Of a DNA stretch of 20,011 bases, positions 16,256 to 20,011 are shown in pieces. The position numbers were made by a program, and so were the translations under genes. Position 1 is the stretch's first letter. Every line of letters starts with the position of its first letter. The DNA is from Candidatus Geohabitans tengchongensis (lineage in GTDB: Bacteria; Sysuimicrobiota; Sysuimicrobiia; Sysuimicrobiales; Humicultoraceae): NCBI GenBank assembly GCA_031459625.1, contig JAVKIH010000035.1, positions 1-20,011 on the forward strand, given 5' to 3'. The notes below the pieces were generated by a model. The model was not told where the DNA came from. It made no database searches and saw nothing but the letters and a program-made list of their open reading frames with translations.

Positions 16256-17800
16256 GTGTCGGACATGCCCTCCTGGCCCTGCTCCTCGTCCTCCTCCTGC
16301 CGACCGCGGGCCAGGGGTGGCAGGCCCCGCCCGCAGCGCGGCCGGCAGCCCTGGTCCCCACAGACCACTGGGCGTACGAGGTCCTGTACCGCCTCGCGGT
16401 CCTGAACGCCGCCCCGCTCTGGGCGGCATCCACCCGCCCGCTCACACGGCTGGACATCGCGCGGATGCTCGTGGCCGCACAGGAGACGATCCGGTCTGGC
16501 ACGCTACCGGGCGCCGCACCCGCCTGGGCTCTCGAGGACCTGGAGGCCCTGGCCCGGGCCTTTGCCCCTGAGGTGGCGGCGGTCCGGGGAGGCCAGGCGG
16601 TCCGCGGAGGGGGCGCCGACCCAGGCAGCGAGGCCCGACCGGGAGCCCGGCGGGGGAGAGAGCACGACGCATGGCTGGGCGCAGGAGGCGTCCGGGTTAC
16701 CGGCCGTACCGCATGGGCCCGGCACCCCGGTGGGAGACCCCCTTCCCCTGGGAGCCGCCCGCGCAGCCGCCCGGGGAACCGGCAGCGAGCGGGGCCACCC
16801 TCGACCGCCTCACCGTGAGCGCAGTTCGTCCCGGCACCACCGTCCTGCGCCAGACCTTCGACCTGACGCTGCAGCTCGGTCGGGACCTCCACCGGTGGGG
16901 GCCTGGCGGGCCCGGAGCCCTGGGAGGCTTCGTCCTCTCGGAGCACGCCGGCCCCCTCGACGCCCTGCGGGTGGCAGCCGCCGGTGACCGGCTGCGCGGC
17001 CTCAAGCTCCTGGCCCCGCTCGAGGACGGCCGGTGGCTCCACGGCCTGCGCTACGACTGGCTGCCCACCGCCACGCTGCGCGTGGGCCTCTCGGAGACCG
17101 TCGTCACCGCCTCGGGGGTCTACGCCCCCTACGTGCTGACCCCCGTGCCGTTCGTGGCCTACTGGCTCTCGTTGCGGGCCCGCCGCCCTGCGGGCTTCGA
17201 CGATAAAGTGAACCTGGCTCTGGACCTGGACTGGCGCCCCCGGCCTGGAACCGCGCTCTACGTCGAGGCCTACGTCGACGACTACACCGCCCCCGGCAAC
17301 CCCTTCCCCAGCCGCCTGGGAGGAGCCGTGGGGATCTACCTCGTCGACCTCTTCCGCGACGGGCGCACCGCGCTGCGGCTGGAGCACGTGCGCGCCACCA
17401 ACTGGATCTACACCACCACCGGCCGGGCCGCGGACTACACCTGCGCGGCCGCAGCCTGGGCCACTGGTGCGCCCCGGACTGCGAGGCGTGGGCGGTGGAG
17501 GCGGCGCGCCCGCCCGTGGCAGGGCGCGCGGGGGTCGCCCTCCGCTACACCCTCCTCCGCAAGGGGCCCGGGCGGCTGGGGGACGTCTGGGCCGACCCGG
17601 GCGACGCCTGGGCGCGCCTCTTCCTCTCAGGGGTGGTGGAGACCACCCACGCCCTCACGGCGGCGGTGCGCTGGCAGCCCTCCGATGCGGTCGCGCACCG
17701 CCTCAGCGCCACGTGGGCGTCGACTACGAACGCCGGCCACGTCGCCGGCGCGCAGCGACAAGACCTGTACCTGGTGTGGGAGGCCACCCTTGGACTCTGA
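16256..17800 (+). pseudogene. Frameshifted outer-membrane capsule-assembly Wzi-like beta-barrel with an N-terminal SLH-like segment
   Basis: Signal-like ALLALLLVLLLP and SLH-like VPTDHWAYEVLYRLA...RPLTRLDIARML. The middle part (LQLGRDLHRWGPG, LRVGLSETVV, LYVEAYVDD, LRLEHVR..NWIY) is in another frame, and the end (LGHWCAPD...FLSGVVE...EATLGL*) is reached after a missing C at about 17440. A further shift lies near 16700-16740. No in-frame start codon is present. Confidence 0.65.
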
Positions 17801-19836
17801 GCGGAACAGCGATATCGTCCACGACCCTGCCCAGGACCCCTCCCTGGAGCAGGAGCCCACGCTCCGGGACTACCTGGACGTCTTCCTGCGGCGCTGGTGG
17901 CTGGTGGCCGCCTGCGTCATCATCCTCGCGGCCACGGCGCTGGGGTTCAGCATCGCCTCCCCGCCTGTCTACCGCGCCCAGACCTCGGTGGTGGTGGACC
18001 GCGGCGGGTCCAGCCTCGGCCTGGTGCCGGACATCACCGGCATCAGCCAGCAGACCTTCGTCGACACCCTGGCGGAGATCGTGAAGAGCCGGGCGGTCCT
18101 CTCCCGCGCCGTCAGGCTCCTCGGGGTGGAGGCCGCCGCGGCGGAGGAGGCCCTGGACACCCTGCGCCGCGGGCTGAAGGTCCAGCGCGCGCGCAACACC
18201 GACCTGATCCTGATCCAGGCGGAAGGCCCCACGCCCTCATCTGCCGCCGCCAACACCAACGCCGTCGGCCGCGCCTTCCTCCAGTGGCACCTGGAGGCGC
18301 GCCGCTCCCAGGCCCGCGCCGGGCGGGAGTTCATCGAGGGGCGCCTCTCTGCCCTCAGCGGCGAGCTGCGCGCCGCCGAGGACGCCCTGGCCCGCTACAA
18401 GGTGGAAGGCGGGCAGGTCTCGCTCTCCGAGCAGACCACCCTGGTCCTGGAGAAGCTGGCCGACTTCGAGGCGCAGCGCCGCGCGGCGGAGGCGGAGCGG
18501 CAGGGGGTGGAGGCGAGCCTCCGCCGCGTGCGCACCGCCCTGGCCCAGCAGGCCCCCACCGTCGCCGCCACCGTCCTCCAGGGCGAAGACCCGGTGGCCA
18601 CCCAACTGCGCAGCGACCTGGCCAAACTCGAGGTGGAGCTGGTCGGCCTGCGCAAACAGTTCACCGACCGCCACCCCCAGGTCATCGCCACCCGGGCGCG
18701 CATCGAGGAGGTGAAAGGGCGCCTGCGGCAGCAGGCGGCGCAGACCCTGCTCTCCCGGCAGATCACCCTGAACCCCCTGCACCAGGACCTGGCGGCGCAG
18801 GCGATCCGGCTGGAGGTGGAGCGGCAGGCCCTGCAGGCCCGCGAGACCGCCCTCTCCGCCGCGGCCGCCGCCTACGCCGGGGACCTGAAGCGCCTGCCGC
18901 CCAAGGAGGTGGAGCTGGCTCGCCTCACCCGCAACCTCAAGGTGGCGGAGGAGACCTACCTGCTGCTCTCGGGCAAGCTGCAGGAGGCCCGCATCGCCGA
19001 GGCCTCCATCGTGGGCGACCTGCGCATCGTGGACGCCGCCGTCCCGCCGGCCACGCCGGTCCGACCCCGGGTCAGGCTGAACACCCTGTTTGGGGCGCTG
19101 CTCGGGCTCATGGTGGGGGCGGGGGCTGCCTTCCTCAGCGAGTCGCTGGATGTCACGTTCAAGACCGCCGAGGAGGCCGCCCGGTACCTGCGGCTGCCGC
19201 TCCTGGCCGCCGTCCCCCTGGTGCACCGCCGACGCAACGAGCAGGACGGCCACCCCCTGCTCACCACGTCCCACCCGCGATCGCCCTTTGCCGAGGCCTT
19301 CCGCCACCTGCGGACCAACCTGCTCTACACCAGCCCGGACCGGCCGCTGCGCCTGCTGTTGATCACCAGCCCCGGCCCGGGGGAAGCCAAGAGCACCGTG
19401 GCCGTGAACCTGGCCGTGGCCCTGGCCCAGGCCGGGCGGCGGGTGTGGCTGGTGGAGGCCGACCTGCGCAAGCCCACCCTGGCCTGGACGCTCGGGCCGG
19501 AGGGGACGCTCGGGCTGACCGACCTGCTGGTGGACGGGTGGCCCGTGGACCGGGCCCTCCGCGGCACGGAGGTGGACAACCTCTGGTTCGTCCCCAGCGG
19601 CACCATCCCCCCAACCCGGCGGAACTGCTGGGCAGCCAGAAGATGCGCGCCCTGCTGGAGCAGGCGCGGGACGGCACCGACGCCGTGGTGATCGACGCCC
19701 CGCCGGTCCTCCCGGTGACCGACGCCGCGGTGCTGGCCCCCAGCGTGGACGGGGTCCTGCTGGTGGTGTGGCTGGGGCGCACCCCGCGGGAGGCGGCCCG
19801 CCGCGCCCGCGACCGCCTGCTGGCGGTGGGCGCCCG
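17790..19836 (+). pseudogene. wzc: Wzc-type polysaccharide co-polymerase / BY-kinase, frameshifted and truncated by an IS
   Basis: TTG 17790 follows GGGAGG. Motifs LRDYLDVFLRRWW plus TM, coiled coils, FTDRHPQV, IVDAAVPP, AEAFRHLRTNL, ITSPGPGEAKST and EADLRKP. The C6 run at 19607-19612 shifts the frame to PPNPAELLGS..VIDAPPVLPVTDA. Similarity ends at GAR, about 19836. Confidence 0.88.
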
Positions 19837-20011
19837 TCCACCGCACCCGGTTTCCATGGACACCCGATAATGGGGGGGAGGTCAACATGGGAGACGGAGG
19901 GACGGCGGTGGCTACGGCGCAACGCCCGCACGGGAATCGGTGGTCCGCTCGTAAGAAGGCTGACGCGGTCGTGCGCCTACTGCGCGGGGAAAGCCTGGAG
20001 GAGCTCAGCCG
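19837..20011 (+). mobile_element. Left end of an IS3-family-like insertion sequence (runs beyond the window)
   Basis: Abrupt loss of Wzc coding pattern, an IR-like end ACCGCACCCGGTTTCCATGGACAC, then RBS GGAGG and an OrfA-like gene. The boundary is approximate and no canonical terminal TG is seen. Confidence 0.75.
19887..20011 (+). CDS. Transposase OrfA-like HTH protein, partial
   Basis: MGDGGTAVATAQRPHGNRWSARKKADAVVRLLRGESLEELS..., typical of the IS3-type HTH N-terminus. Confidence 0.75.
   Translation, partial: MGDGGTAVATAQRPHGNRWSARKKADAVVRLLRGESLEELS

Noticed and set aside
16671..19691. 1006-aa ORF as a Wzi-Wzc fusion
   Set aside because: It results from the frameshift at about 17440. 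Wzc has its own RBS and TTG at 17790, and the Wzi-like gene has its own stop at 17800.

Overview
Very GC-rich bacterial chromosome segment with two contrasting halves. Positions 1-10.7 kb are an intact, tightly coupled housekeeping cluster: topA (3' part), codY, rpsB (with promoter and S2-leader RNA), a short tsf, pyrH, frr, a small PASTA-like gene, uppS, cdsA, rseP, ispG, an MgtC/SapB-ACT gene and an archaeal-type methionine adenosyltransferase. A TolB-like beta-propeller lipoprotein gene follows. Positions 11.9-20 kb hold a regulated surface-polysaccharide locus that appears to be decaying. A divergent winged-helix/TPR regulator gene has four lesions. Opposite it, an operon runs: unknown 101-aa protein, RfaH-like NusG paralogue (frameshifted), structured leader with an ops-like motif, Wza/OPX export protein, FmdB-type zinc ribbon, SLH/Wzi-like beta-barrel (frameshifted), and Wzc (frameshifted and cut by an IS3-like element at the window end). 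The most notable points are (i) CodY with a divergent ligand pocket and a coupled upstream mini-ORF in a high-GC genome with diderm-type envelope genes, (ii) the wHTH-TPR / small protein / RfaH-like control module, and (iii) CTAG duplications that may be transposon footprints. All assignments come from reading motifs by eye; no database searches were run.
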